Shown piece by piece: positions 29,827 to 39,897 of a DNA stretch of 64,000 nucleotides (within the stretch, counting starts at the first letter, position 1; every line of letters begins with the position of its first letter). The translations under genes and the position numbers were made by a program. This DNA comes from a virus (taxonomy: Duplodnaviria > Caudoviricetes). The notes beneath the pieces were generated by a model, which saw nothing but the letters and a program-made list of their open reading frames with translations, searched no databases and had not been told where the DNA came from. The stretch is from the IMG/VR virus record IMGVR_UViG_3300028048_000066, positions 84,164 through 148,163 of that record; one strand, 5' to 3'.

Positions 29827-29891
29827 GTTAAAAAGTATCTTGAAAATTGATAGATACACCAAACCTTCTTGAAAGTGATAGGAGAAAGCAA

Positions 29892-30101
29892 ATGAGAAAG
29901 TCTAGTGCTATTGTTAAAGTAGATAGTGCAGAGAATTGGGAAAAAGCAAAGAACTATATTCCTGATAATTTTACTATAATAGTTTATGAGTTTGAAGACA
30001 ACTCTCCTATGGTAAAAATTGGTGATGGTATTCATAATGTAAATGAACTACCTTTCCTTTCAAGAAGACAAGAAGTAAAGGAAGACACACTGATTTTATA
30101 A
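29892..30101 (+). CDS. stand-alone Mtd_N-like small tail protein
   Basis: start moved to ATG 29892; ENW...YIP...IVY...VKIGDG...LPF. Confidence 0.65.
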   Translation: MRKSSAIVKVDSAENWEKAKNYIPDNFTIIVYEFEDNSPMVKIGDGIHNVNELPFLSRRQEVKEDTLIL

Positions 30102-30117
30102 TAGGAGATTTTTTAAT

Positions 30118-32979
30118 ATGTCATTACCAGTAGGAAACATTAAGAGCATTCAAACACCAGATACTGTTAATCACGAGATTATACCTAGAAGATTAAAGGG
30201 TAGTGATTTTAGGTATGCTTTTGAATTAAACCAAACATTAAAGTGTAGAAAAGTAAGAATCTATTTTGATACAAACTATGAAACACAATTAGGTACTTAT
30301 TTAGCAGGACTTACTTACGATTCAAGTAATCCTCTAGGTGTTCCTATTTGTAATTTGATGACAATAACAAACAGTAATTACCCATCAAGTCCTAGTTATT
30401 ATTTAGTAGCGGTTGATTTAACATCTGCAAGTATGGGTTATTGTTTAGCAACATTTGATGATTATTCAGCAGGAAGTCAATATCATTTAACAGTTAGATA
30501 TGCAACTGCAAATGGTAGTGGTTATGGTATGACTTGGACACAGGGTTATAATAATCTTGATGCAAGTAATGGTTTTGACTTTGTTAGTGAAGATGCTGCT
30601 GATTGTACAGTTGCTTTCTTAAATAATACTTCAACAACTTGGAATGGTGCTTATATTTATCCAGATGCTGGTAGGTTAGTATCTGCTGGAACAGAGTTAG
30701 AAGTTAAATTACCACCTATAAAACAAGAATCAGTTTTGGCATTACAAAGTGATTTAGAAGATTTTGTAAAAGAAGATGATTTAGCAGATGTTGCTTTAAG
30801 TGGAAGTTATAATGACTTAACTAATAAACCAACAATAGTTAGTGATGTTAAAGTAAACAATACAACAGTTGTTTCTAGTGGTGTTGCTAATATCATTACA
30901 AACACTGCTTATAACGCTTCTACAAATAAAATAGCAACGATGGCAGATATTCCATCAGTTCCTATAACAAGTGTTAAAACATTAGATACAACTGCTACAA
31001 CAGCACAATCAACAAGTGCAAGTGAAACAATTAGTGGAAGCGGTAGTATTACATTACATAAAGTTGCTAAAACAGGAACATATAGTGATTTAATTGGAAA
31101 ACCAACAATACCAACAGTAAATAATAACACAATTACTTTAACACAAGGTGGAGTAACAAAAGGTTCATTTACACTTAACCAAAATAGTGATGCAACCATT
31201 TCATTAGATGGTGGTGGAGCAGCAGATTATAATGACTTAACAAATAAACCAATTACAAACATAGTAAGTGGAACAACATATAGTGAAGGTAATTATTATA
31301 GAAAATCTGTTGATACTTATCTTGAACCATTTATGGTAGGTAGAACACTATCACAAGGAGATAAGATTTACTTTGATACAACAAAGGGTGATGAAGTAAG
31401 TTCTTTATTAGCAACACTTCCATATAGTGGTGGTGCATATAATTTACTTAGTATAGGTGATGGTAAAGGTATTGGTGCTGTTTCATTAAGTGGTTACAAA
31501 CTTTTAGCAATGATAGATGATAGTGGTGGACAATATATTGGTGGAACTATTATATTTTCAAATAGAGCAGGAACAGTAACAAGTGGATTAACAGTTACAG
31601 CAGGATGGCAAAACCTAGCAAGTGATGGTTCTTATACTTGGGCAAAGAGTGGAACAAGTACAATACTTTCTTTAAGTGCTGATGACTGGAACGGTATAAT
31701 TGTTGGAACAAGTTGGAATGATACAAAAGCATTAACCAAATATGAAATAGGTGATTTACCAGTAGATTTAAGTACAGATGGTATTTATGTAGATGTCTCA
31801 AAAGAAAAAGAATTAAGAGCATTTTTAGAGGGTTTATCATATGAAGAGGGAGAACCAGCAGGATTTGCATTATGTCAATTATTACAAATAGGTGGTGATG
31901 GTGGTGTTTATGCAATTAGAGATGCTACAGGAGATACAACAAAATATCTTACTTGTTTATTGATAGAAAGTTTTAGTGTATTCTATGCTACAGATAGTGG
32001 AACAGTAATGCCAGACACACCATATGAAACAACTTATGGTAAAGGTTTCCAAAACTTAAATTCTGATAATTGTCATTTATATGCATCAGGACAATCGGGA
32101 ACAGGCACTTTCTCAATTCGTGCTATAGTAAATAGTGAGTGGAATGGTAAGTTCTTTGGTAGTAATATCTCAAATAAAGAAGGTGCTATCTATAGATATG
32201 AAGGTGGGGAATTAAAGAGAGTATTAGTAGAAGGAGATGCTGCCGCTTCTGGTGGTGGAAGTGTAGAAATTCCAGTAACAGATGTTCAAGTAAATGGAAC
32301 ATCAATATTAAGTAGTGGGGTGGCAAATTTAGTTACGGAAACTGCTTATGATGCTTCTTCTAATAAGATTGCTACAAAGAGTGATTTACATAGTCATAGT
32401 AACAAGAGTGTATTAGATAATATTGCAACACAAACAGCATATACATCAAAAGGAACATCAACAAAGGTAGCAACAATAACAACAAATACAAGTGGTCAAG
32501 TAACAAGTATTAGTGAAACAAGTATTGCATTCCCAGTTACAAGTGTTAATGGTTCTACTGGTGCTATTACTGGATTAGCAACAACAAGTCAATTGCCAGA
32601 TATGACTAATGTTGCTTATAAGAATGTAAATAATAATTTTACAACAGGACAAACTATTAGTGGAAATTGTAGAGCATCTGCATTCACGAGTGATAATTCA
32701 GGTTGTGTTATGAGTATAGGTAATGGTAATGAAATATCATTTGGTATGAGTTCAGGTAATGCAATTTACTTTGGTTATGACAATAGAACGAGTAGCACAG
32801 CATTTCCAAATACTTATAACTTCGGAGCAGGAACAGGAAGTGCAGGGGCAACATCAGGCACTATTAACTGTGGTAATCTAAATGGAAGTAATATAGTAGC
32901 ATATGGAACAGTTAAGGTTGGAAATACTGCACTATTAACTTACAACTCTACAACACAGTCATTAGACTTTACATTCTAG
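30118..32979 (+). CDS. tail fibre protein with three embedded WNGxx(I/F)G domains
   Basis: LADVALSGSYNDLTNKPTI / DV.VN..S...SGVAN fibre repeats; three inserted domains homologous to the PFIxNMR family cores. Confidence 0.8.
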   Translation: MSLPVGNIKSIQTPDTVNHEIIPRRLKGSDFRYAFELNQTLKCRKVRIYFDTNYETQLGTYLAGLTYDSSNPLGVPICNLMTITNSNYPSSPSYYLVAVDLTSASMGYCLATFDDYSAGSQYHLTVRYATANGSGYGMTWTQGYNNLDASNGFDFVSEDAADCTVAFLNNTSTTWNGAYIYPDAGRLVSAGTELEVKLPPIKQESVLALQSDLEDFVKEDDLADVALSGSYNDLTNKPTIVSDVKVNNTTVVSSGVANIITNTAYNASTNKIATMADIPSVPITSVKTLDTTATTAQSTSASETISGSGSITLHKVAKTGTYSDLIGKPTIPTVNNNTITLTQGGVTKGSFTLNQNSDATISLDGGGAADYNDLTNKPITNIVSGTTYSEGNYYRKSVDTYLEPFMVGRTLSQGDKIYFDTTKGDEVSSLLATLPYSGGAYNLLSIGDGKGIGAVSLSGYKLLAMIDDSGGQYIGGTIIFSNRAGTVTSGLTVTAGWQNLASDGSYTWAKSGTSTILSLSADDWNGIIVGTSWNDTKALTKYEIGDLPVDLSTDGIYVDVSKEKELRAFLEGLSYEEGEPAGFALCQLLQIGGDGGVYAIRDATGDTTKYLTCLLIESFSVFYATDSGTVMPDTPYETTYGKGFQNLNSDNCHLYASGQSGTGTFSIRAIVNSEWNGKFFGSNISNKEGAIYRYEGGELKRVLVEGDAAASGGGSVEIPVTDVQVNGTSILSSGVANLVTETAYDASSNKIATKSDLHSHSNKSVLDNIATQTAYTSKGTSTKVATITTNTSGQVTSISETSIAFPVTSVNGSTGAITGLATTSQLPDMTNVAYKNVNNNFTTGQTISGNCRASAFTSDNSGCVMSIGNGNEISFGMSSGNAIYFGYDNRTSSTAFPNTYNFGAGTGSAGATSGTINCGNLNGSNIVAYGTVKVGNTALLTYNSTTQSLDFTF

Positions 32980-32989
32980 GAGATAGTAT

Positions 32990-35563
32990 ATGTCATTAGT
33001 AGTATGGTTTCCACTAAATAACAATGTAAATAATCAAGGAACTACAACATTATCTATGACTTCTTTGAGTGGTTCTACCTTATCTAATACTGGTAAGGTA
33101 ACTAGATATTGCTATGGAAATACAAGTTTTACTGGTGGTGGTTATGTATCATCTCAACAAATAACATTGGGACAAAATCAGTCTATATTTGCTTGGGTTA
33201 AGTTTTCAAGTTTAACAAGTGATAGTTCATTAGGTGGTTCTATTGCGGGTCAACATAGGTATCCAAGTAATGTAGGAATGGGAATGACATTAAAATATGT
33301 TTCATCTACTACTGGTTATTTGAGTGTTAATACTGGTAATGGAAGTGCGAGAACATTTAACACCTATTGTGGTTCAACACTATTACAAGCAAACACTTGG
33401 TATCATTTAGGTTATACTTATGATGGTTCAACAATTAGATTATATGTAAATGGTGTTTTAGATGGTTCACATAATTTTACTGGAATGTCAACACCAGCAG
33501 ATTACTTTATGATAGGCTGTTGGTCTTTTAGTGGTTCTAGTGGTAACAGTGTTTATGGAAACTATAAATTAAATGGTTATATAAATGATTTAAGAGCATA
33601 TAATCACACTTTATCAATAAAGGAGATTAAAGAACTAGCAAAAGGTTTAGCATTACATTATAAATTTAATTTTGAAGATTTATATGTTCCAGTAGAGTAT
33701 ATACAAAGTAGTGCATCAAGCACAAATTCTGGACAATTTATAGATACTGGGTGGACTTATCCAAATACTGGTATTATTACATTAGAAAGTAAGTTTGCTT
33801 TTACAAAAGAAGAAAGTCAAAGAGCATTATGTGGAATACAAAAATCTGGGTATGGTCAACAATTATATGTTTATAGACCATCAAGTTCAACAATACAGAC
33901 ATATTTAGGTGGTGTAGGTGGAACAACCATAAACTTACCTTCTACTGGACAAATAATTAACTTAAAACTAGAATTAAATGTTTCAACAACAACTGCAAGT
34001 TTTAGTGTAAATAATACAACTTTAACATATTCTTATACAAATGATATTGCATCTAATTCATTAAGAATATTTAGTGGAAGGCAAGGAGATGTTATTGAAG
34101 ATTGTTCTTCCCTTAAAATGTATAGTTTTAAGATATTAGAAAATGGGAATCCAGTTCGTGATTACATACCTTGCATAAGAAAGTGTGATAGTAAACCAGG
34201 ATTATTTGATTTAGTAACCTATAATTTCTACACAAACTCAGGTAGTGGAGAGTTTACTTATCCTTCAACAACAGTAGTAGCACAAGTTCCAGATGCAAGT
34301 GGTTATGGAAATAATGCAAGTTATAAATCTGCTTGTTCAACAACTGGAACAACTCCAATAGGTAGCACATCTTTGATATGTCCATCTACTGGTGTTTGTG
34401 TGCCTTATAATTTACCAATGAATCAATATACTATTGCTATGTGGTTTAAGTTGGGTGCAACAGGTAAAATGCCATTAGGTTCAAATACAACATCTTCTAA
34501 TAATAGCAACTTTTATTGTTTTGGTGATAACTCTTGGAAGTATGTAACAAGTGCAGGTAGTCAAGAATATTATTATCAACATAACGGTGGTGCAGTAAGC
34601 ACAAGTAACTATGTGTTCTGGGTTGCTACTTATGATGGAACTAATACAAAAATATATAGAAATGGTGTATATGAAGGAAGTCAAGCAGTTACAACTTCTG
34701 GTGCAACAGTAACTTTTAATAATATATCTATTGGTTTTGGTTTTAGTGATACAAGTTACTGGACTACAAATGAAGTAGCAGAGTTTAGATTATATGCAAC
34801 AGCATTATCACAAGCAGATATAACTGAATTGTATAAAACAAAAGAGAGTATAGATAAAAAAGGAAACCTATATTGTAATACTATAAATGAATTAGGAAAT
34901 AGTATGAGTTTCAAAAAGAGTGGTATTATAGAGTGTAATTCAATAACAGAGGGATTTAATAAGACATCACTACAAGGTGCTTATACTCAATTAGAGTATA
35001 TCAAAACAAATGGAAATCAAATTATAAATACGGGTGTAGCAGATACATTACGAACAACAGTTGATTTAGATATGCAAGTTGACTCTGGTATAGGTCAATA
35101 CTGGTATGGTTCAACTCAAAATAGTGGAAGTATGATGTATAATGGTTTATATAATATAACAGCATTAGAATATAATTGGTTGACAATTAGTAGAACTTCA
35201 AATAATAGATGTATTATGACTCAAAGATTAAATGGAAATAATATTACAATTACTATGAATGGAGTAACTTCTACAGTAAGTGTAGGTAGCACTGCACCAA
35301 CTGGTAATCTATATATATTCGGTTGTAATAATGGGAATCGTTATTATGGCACAGGGATATTATGTAGATATTTTAGGATATATCAAGATAATGTTCTAGT
35401 AAGAGATTTTATACCAGTAAAAAGAAATAAAGATAATGCAATAGGAATGCTAGATTTAGTTCACAACACTTTCTATGCAAATGCAGGAACAGGTTCATTC
35501 ACTGCTGGTAATGAAATAAATAAAAAGTATGCAATATATACAAATAATATAATAGAAAATTAA
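32990..35563 (+). CDS. concanavalin A/LamG-domain tail (adhesin) protein
   Basis: two LamG domains (WYHLGYTYDG..IRLYVNG; ATYDG..KIYRNG) alternating with EYI...I.TG...RD(Y/F)IP...DLV..FY.N.G domains. Confidence 0.85.
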   Translation: MSLVVWFPLNNNVNNQGTTTLSMTSLSGSTLSNTGKVTRYCYGNTSFTGGGYVSSQQITLGQNQSIFAWVKFSSLTSDSSLGGSIAGQHRYPSNVGMGMTLKYVSSTTGYLSVNTGNGSARTFNTYCGSTLLQANTWYHLGYTYDGSTIRLYVNGVLDGSHNFTGMSTPADYFMIGCWSFSGSSGNSVYGNYKLNGYINDLRAYNHTLSIKEIKELAKGLALHYKFNFEDLYVPVEYIQSSASSTNSGQFIDTGWTYPNTGIITLESKFAFTKEESQRALCGIQKSGYGQQLYVYRPSSSTIQTYLGGVGGTTINLPSTGQIINLKLELNVSTTTASFSVNNTTLTYSYTNDIASNSLRIFSGRQGDVIEDCSSLKMYSFKILENGNPVRDYIPCIRKCDSKPGLFDLVTYNFYTNSGSGEFTYPSTTVVAQVPDASGYGNNASYKSACSTTGTTPIGSTSLICPSTGVCVPYNLPMNQYTIAMWFKLGATGKMPLGSNTTSSNNSNFYCFGDNSWKYVTSAGSQEYYYQHNGGAVSTSNYVFWVATYDGTNTKIYRNGVYEGSQAVTTSGATVTFNNISIGFGFSDTSYWTTNEVAEFRLYATALSQADITELYKTKESIDKKGNLYCNTINELGNSMSFKKSGIIECNSITEGFNKTSLQGAYTQLEYIKTNGNQIINTGVADTLRTTVDLDMQVDSGIGQYWYGSTQNSGSMMYNGLYNITALEYNWLTISRTSNNRCIMTQRLNGNNITITMNGVTSTVSVGSTAPTGNLYIFGCNNGNRYYGTGILCRYFRIYQDNVLVRDFIPVKRNKDNAIGMLDLVHNTFYANAGTGSFTAGNEINKKYAIYTNNIIEN

Positions 35564-35579
35564 AAGGAGAATTAAATAT

Positions 35580-36140
35580 ATGGCAATTTTAGATTCAACA
35601 ATAGTTAATGGTGATTTAAGTGTTAATGGTTCTGGTGGAAATATAGTATTAAAAAATAGTTCAGAAACACAAACTATTAGCATACCAGGGACTACAACAG
35701 TAGCAGGGGGTACAGTATTAACATTAAAAACTAATTCAACATCAAGTTATTTGGGATTTAGTAATACTTATGGTGTTCAAAGTTATATTGGAGTTAATGC
35801 TAATAGGAAACCTGTGTTTTATGATACAGCAGCCCATACTCTTGCTTATGTGAGTGATATTCTAGCATTGAAATTAACTTGGGTTGCAGATGTTACTCTT
35901 AAATCAAATCTTAAAACAATAGTAGGGGGTAATGGAAATTATTTACTACTGCCACTTCCAGATGCTGTTCGTATATATAATACTGATACATTGGCTTTAT
36001 GTAGTAGTTATCCTGTTTCTGTTAGTTTAAATTCGTATGGTAATTTTTATATAGTGACAGGGCAAGGAGCACAAACATACGTAAGTATATCATCTGCAAA
36101 CTTTAATGTAAATACTGTTCGTATTTATCAAATAGGTTAA
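35580..36140 (+). CDS. distal tail fibre-like protein
   Basis: MAILDSTIVNGDLSV N-terminus, beta-rich composition, position in fibre operon. Confidence 0.6.
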   Translation: MAILDSTIVNGDLSVNGSGGNIVLKNSSETQTISIPGTTTVAGGTVLTLKTNSTSSYLGFSNTYGVQSYIGVNANRKPVFYDTAAHTLAYVSDILALKLTWVADVTLKSNLKTIVGGNGNYLLLPLPDAVRIYNTDTLALCSSYPVSVSLNSYGNFYIVTGQGAQTYVSISSANFNVNTVRIYQIG

Positions 36141-36153
36141 GGAGAAAATTAAT

Positions 36154-36648
36154 ATGATAGTTGCATTAGAATTAGATAATAAAAATATAATCAAAGGTTA
36201 TGTTTGTATCGCAAGTGAAGATTATACAAATCTAATGGCAGACGATAATCGTTTTACATTAGCAGATGTAGATAGTTTAAGGGATATTGTAGAGTATAAG
36301 ACCAAGTATGAAGATGGACAATTAATTCAGTTAGAAGATTATTGCCAAGAATATTATGAAAACCAAAGAAAAGAGGAACAAAGATTTTTAATTCAAGCAC
36401 AAATAACTGAATTAAATAACTGGTTTGATAAATATGATATGCAAATAAAACAATATGAAAGAAATAAAAGATTAAATATTGAAGGTGTATATCATATAGA
36501 TGGAGAAGATTATACAATAGATGAATTAGATGAACAAGCAGTAAATGTAGCAAATCAAATAAAGGAATTAAGAAAACAATTACAAGAACTAGAAAATCCT
36601 ACACAAGAAATTATAAATGAAAATGTAGATAATAGTAGTGAAGAATAA
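36154..36648 (+). CDS. tail fibre assembly/chaperone-like protein
   Basis: follows fibre genes; C-terminal coiled coil typical of fibre chaperones. Confidence 0.55.
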   Translation: MIVALELDNKNIIKGYVCIASEDYTNLMADDNRFTLADVDSLRDIVEYKTKYEDGQLIQLEDYCQEYYENQRKEEQRFLIQAQITELNNWFDKYDMQIKQYERNKRLNIEGVYHIDGEDYTIDELDEQAVNVANQIKELRKQLQELENPTQEIINENVDNSSEE

Positions 36649-36672
36649 GTCTATAAAGTAGTCAAGTTTTAG

Positions 36673-36703
36673 AAAGAGTTTAGCAAAAGTTAGACTCTTT
36701 TTT
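36673..36703 (+). terminator. intrinsic terminator ending tail operon
   Basis: AAAGAGTTTAGC-aaaa-GTTAGACTCTTT plus T-run. Confidence 0.8.
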
Positions 36704-36722
36704 AATTTTATGCAAAAAGTTG

Positions 36723-36751
36723 TTGACATTTCATCTTAAAAGTAGTATAAT
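36723..36751 (+). promoter_or_regulatory. sigma-A early promoter (TTGACA-N17-TATAAT)
   Basis: perfect consensus. Confidence 0.9.
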
Positions 36752-36780
36752 ATAACTAGATAATAAAGGTGAGGTGTCTT

Positions 36781-37911
36781 ATGGTTTACAATATTCCACT
36801 TTGTAATGAAGAACTTTTCTTGAAGAAGGTCAAGAGAATTATGAAGAAGTGTCATAATGGCGAAGTAGTAGTTTTGCCAATGGACACCATTTTGGTTAAA
36901 GATGAAGATAGAAAAATCTCTTACAAGTGTAGACAATATGAAGTAAGAGGTGAATATAAGATTGAAGGTTGGGAATTTGTAGCAGAGATTACTCACAAGG
37001 ACTCTGGCAATGTTATTAGATGTATCAAATCAGACTATTCAGATACAATTGCTCAAAGATATGGTGAAAAGATGTCTACTTGTGAACATTGTGGTAAGAG
37101 ATTGTTTAGAAGAAATACATTTATTATTAGAAACCTTAATACAAACGAATTGAAGCAAGTGGGTTCAAGTTGTGTTAAAGAATACACAAATGGATTGAGT
37201 GCTGAATTGTGTGCTAATATCTCTTCTTTCTTTGCTGATATTGAAGATGAGTTGATGTATAGAGATGAGTTTAGATGTTCATACTCTTCTAATACATACT
37301 TTGATAGAATCTCATCCTTGAAACTTATGTATTATATTGTTAAGAATCAAGGATATGATAAAGAAACAACAAAACAAGTATTTATTGAAACATATAGAGA
37401 GATGGACTATAAAGACATTGATGCTCTTGTAAATGATGGAGAGTTGTTAAATGTTTCTAATTGGTTGGAGAATAAATCTAATTCTAATGCCTATTGGTGT
37501 TCTTGTAAGACATTATATAAAAGTGATGAAGTAGAGTTTAGAGATTATAATTATTTACTTTCTATGTTCTCTGTATACTTCAAGGAACAATTTGAATCAC
37601 AAAAACAAAAGAATGATGCAAAAGACATCAATGAGTATGTAGGACAAGTTGGAGATAGAATCACTTTTACAGCACACCAAGTTAGATATTTATTTGGTAA
37701 AGGTAAATATAGTTATTACGGACCAGAAGTATACTTAGTAGAATTGCTTGATAAAGAAGGACACACATACATTTGGTCTACATCTTCTTATATCAACATT
37801 GGAGATATTATTAAAGCAACCATCAAAGAACATAAAGACTATAGAGGAACAAAGCAGACAGTCATTACAAGAGGCACAATTCTCGGTAATATAAAGAAAC
37901 AAGAAGCATAA
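36781..37911 (+). CDS. conserved phage protein with Zn-finger (CEHC...QVGSSC) and C-terminal OB-fold-like domain
   Basis: start moved to ATG 36781 behind GAGGTG; YVGQVGDRITF...ATIKEH..Y.G.KQTVITR OB-like end. Confidence 0.75.
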   Translation: MVYNIPLCNEELFLKKVKRIMKKCHNGEVVVLPMDTILVKDEDRKISYKCRQYEVRGEYKIEGWEFVAEITHKDSGNVIRCIKSDYSDTIAQRYGEKMSTCEHCGKRLFRRNTFIIRNLNTNELKQVGSSCVKEYTNGLSAELCANISSFFADIEDELMYRDEFRCSYSSNTYFDRISSLKLMYYIVKNQGYDKETTKQVFIETYREMDYKDIDALVNDGELLNVSNWLENKSNSNAYWCSCKTLYKSDEVEFRDYNYLLSMFSVYFKEQFESQKQKNDAKDINEYVGQVGDRITFTAHQVRYLFGKGKYSYYGPEVYLVELLDKEGHTYIWSTSSYINIGDIIKATIKEHKDYRGTKQTVITRGTILGNIKKQEA

Positions 37912-38030
37912 TACCTCTGTGAGTGATTGTAGAGGCATTGTAAGAGCATTTAGAGTAAAAGTAGATAAGTATATCAAAAAACATATAAAATAGATTATAG
38001 AGCAAATAAGAAGGTGAAAGGAGAATAGAT

Positions 38031-38396
38031 ATGAAAAGTAAAGTTTATACATTATATCAATTACCAGCAAATAGTAAAAAACTCTTTAGGTCTTATAATA
38101 GTAAATCACCTATTGACATCTTTGATTATGTAGGTGTATATCAAGGAGAGATGGATAGTGAAATGAATGACATTAGTATTTGTGATGAGTTGTTTGAGGT
38201 ATTCAACATCAGACATCCTAATGGTTTTGCTGGACACAGTATGAGTACAAGTGATGTAATCTGTATTGATACATTTGAAGGTGATAGTTGTGTGGGTCGT
38301 AGTTTCTATTATTGTGATAGTTTTGGTTGGAAAGACATAACAGATGAAATAGAAACAGAGAAAAAATATGACAACATTCATTGCATAGTATTGTAA
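38031..38396 (+). CDS. YodL-domain protein
   Basis: LYQL...Y..VY.GE...LFEVFNIRHP.GF.GHSMSTSDVI...YYCDSFGW is the YodL signature. Confidence 0.85.
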   Translation: MKSKVYTLYQLPANSKKLFRSYNSKSPIDIFDYVGVYQGEMDSEMNDISICDELFEVFNIRHPNGFAGHSMSTSDVICIDTFEGDSCVGRSFYYCDSFGWKDITDEIETEKKYDNIHCIVL

Positions 38397-38419
38397 AATT
38401 CTCAAAAAAGTGGTATAAT
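38391..38419 (+). promoter_or_regulatory. sigma-A-type promoter (TTGTAA-N17-TATAAT, extended -10)
   Basis: AAAAAGTGGTATAAT same as promoter at 115. Confidence 0.65.
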
Positions 38420-38541
38420 ATAAATAGAAGGATTTTTTATGTTGACTGCAAATCATAGGTGTCAGCATATTAAATCATATAGAAAAAGTATTGGTTCTGC
38501 AAAATGAAAAATATGCACAATAAAATAAAAGTGTTCACCAA

Positions 38542-38556
38542 TGCTAAATTAAGTGA
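38542..38556 (+). promoter_or_regulatory. late-promoter motif variant TGCTAAATTAAGTGA
   Basis: 14/15 match. Confidence 0.7.
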
Positions 38557-38611
38557 AATAAAACATTATATAAACATTATACTAACTATATAATGTAAAG
38601 GAGAAAAGAAA

Positions 38612-39604
38612 ATGAGAAAAAAAGGACTCTTAGTAGCAACAATTGTTATGGTACTCGTATTGGCAGTATCATTAACAACAGCAACTTATGCTTGGTTCAG
38701 TGCAACTGCTTCTGCAACTGTTGAAACAATCAGATTAGAAGCAACAGCAGCAGATGGTCTTATCATTGGTGCATTAGGAACAGCAACAGCACAAGCATCC
38801 AGAACTTATACTGATTACAGATACGGTGACATTGTATGGGATGGTTCAAAGTGGAATGGTGACTCCTATATGGGAACAAACCTTAACTTCCAAATCCAAA
38901 ATGGTGAAAATGTTGACAATATGGTAATTGGTGCAAGTAAGGCAGTATCTTATACAACAACATCTATTAGTGGAACAGGTGATGCAGTAGGTACAACAAT
39001 TCCAGCAAATAGTTGGTATAAGGCAAATGGCGATGCAGCAACATTGGATACGGGTTCTATTGCAGTAGCAAATGTACAAGAAGACTATATTGACTTTGAT
39101 TTAGCAGTAACAACTTCTAAAGCAAACAGTGTAAAACAAGCATATATGACATTACAAATTGTTCCAACTGCAACAACACAAATCAAGATGGCAGCAGCAA
39201 TTCACTTCTATCTTGCAATTTATGATGGTACAACAACTACAGAAATCACAAATACAATTGCAAATAAAGGAATGAGTGCATATCCAGGAAAAGTACAAAG
39301 CAATAACTTTGGTGACAATGTAACAGCAGGAACATATGTAAGCACAAATGGAACAACACTTGATACACATCACACAACCGCAGCAGGTGATTGGTATTAT
39401 ATCGTACCACTCTTTGATAGTGCAACAGCAATGACTCCATTTGAAGACTTAATTCAAATCAAGTTAATTGTTTGGATTGAAGGTACAGATGATGCTTGTA
39501 TTATTGCAAACGCAGGAACTGGTGCAGATGTTAAGATTTTCTTTGACTATGATGCAGCACAAACTTATCAATGGTCAAATGGTGTTATGACATTAGCAGC
39601 ATAA
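38612..39604 (+). CDS. secreted protein with SipW-class signal peptide (TasA/camelysin-like)
   Basis: MRKK + hydrophobic helix + TTATYAWFS cleavage motif; C-terminal IVWIEGTDDAC; Ala/Thr-rich. Confidence 0.75.
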   Translation: MRKKGLLVATIVMVLVLAVSLTTATYAWFSATASATVETIRLEATAADGLIIGALGTATAQASRTYTDYRYGDIVWDGSKWNGDSYMGTNLNFQIQNGENVDNMVIGASKAVSYTTTSISGTGDAVGTTIPANSWYKANGDAATLDTGSIAVANVQEDYIDFDLAVTTSKANSVKQAYMTLQIVPTATTQIKMAAAIHFYLAIYDGTTTTEITNTIANKGMSAYPGKVQSNNFGDNVTAGTYVSTNGTTLDTHHTTAAGDWYYIVPLFDSATAMTPFEDLIQIKLIVWIEGTDDACIIANAGTGADVKIFFDYDAAQTYQWSNGVMTLAA

Positions 39605-39763
39605 AAAATTAAAAAGTAGCAAACAAAAACAAATAAAACTTTTTTCTTACAAGTATATATAGATAGATACAATACATAAAGGGCAAGAAGCATAGTAGAG
39701 TATCGGTGTCATTACATAAGAGAGCAAGAAGCATTAGTAAGGCATTTTAATGAAAGGTAATAA

Positions 39764-39793
39764 TAAGACCACTCTTAAAAATGGGGTGGTCTT
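39764..39793 (+). terminator. intrinsic terminator
   Basis: AAGACCACTC...GGGTGGTCTT stem followed by T-rich run. Confidence 0.75.
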
Positions 39794-39833
39794 TATTTAT
39801 TTGAAAAAAAATTATCAATGATGTAAAAAGTAG

Positions 39834-39862
39834 TTGACTTTTCTTTCAAAAGGTAGTATAAT
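39834..39862 (+). promoter_or_regulatory. sigma-A early promoter (TTGACT-N17-TATAAT)
   Basis: TTGACT 39834-39839, TATAAT 39857-39862. Confidence 0.85.
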
Positions 39863-39897
39863 ATAATCAGATTAAACTTATAGGAGATTTATTTTTT

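Noticed and set aside
39673-39742. Two similar ~27-nt repeats as a possible mini-CRISPR array
   Set aside because: Only two imperfect copies, spacer about 13-14 nt, no palindrome, no cas genes
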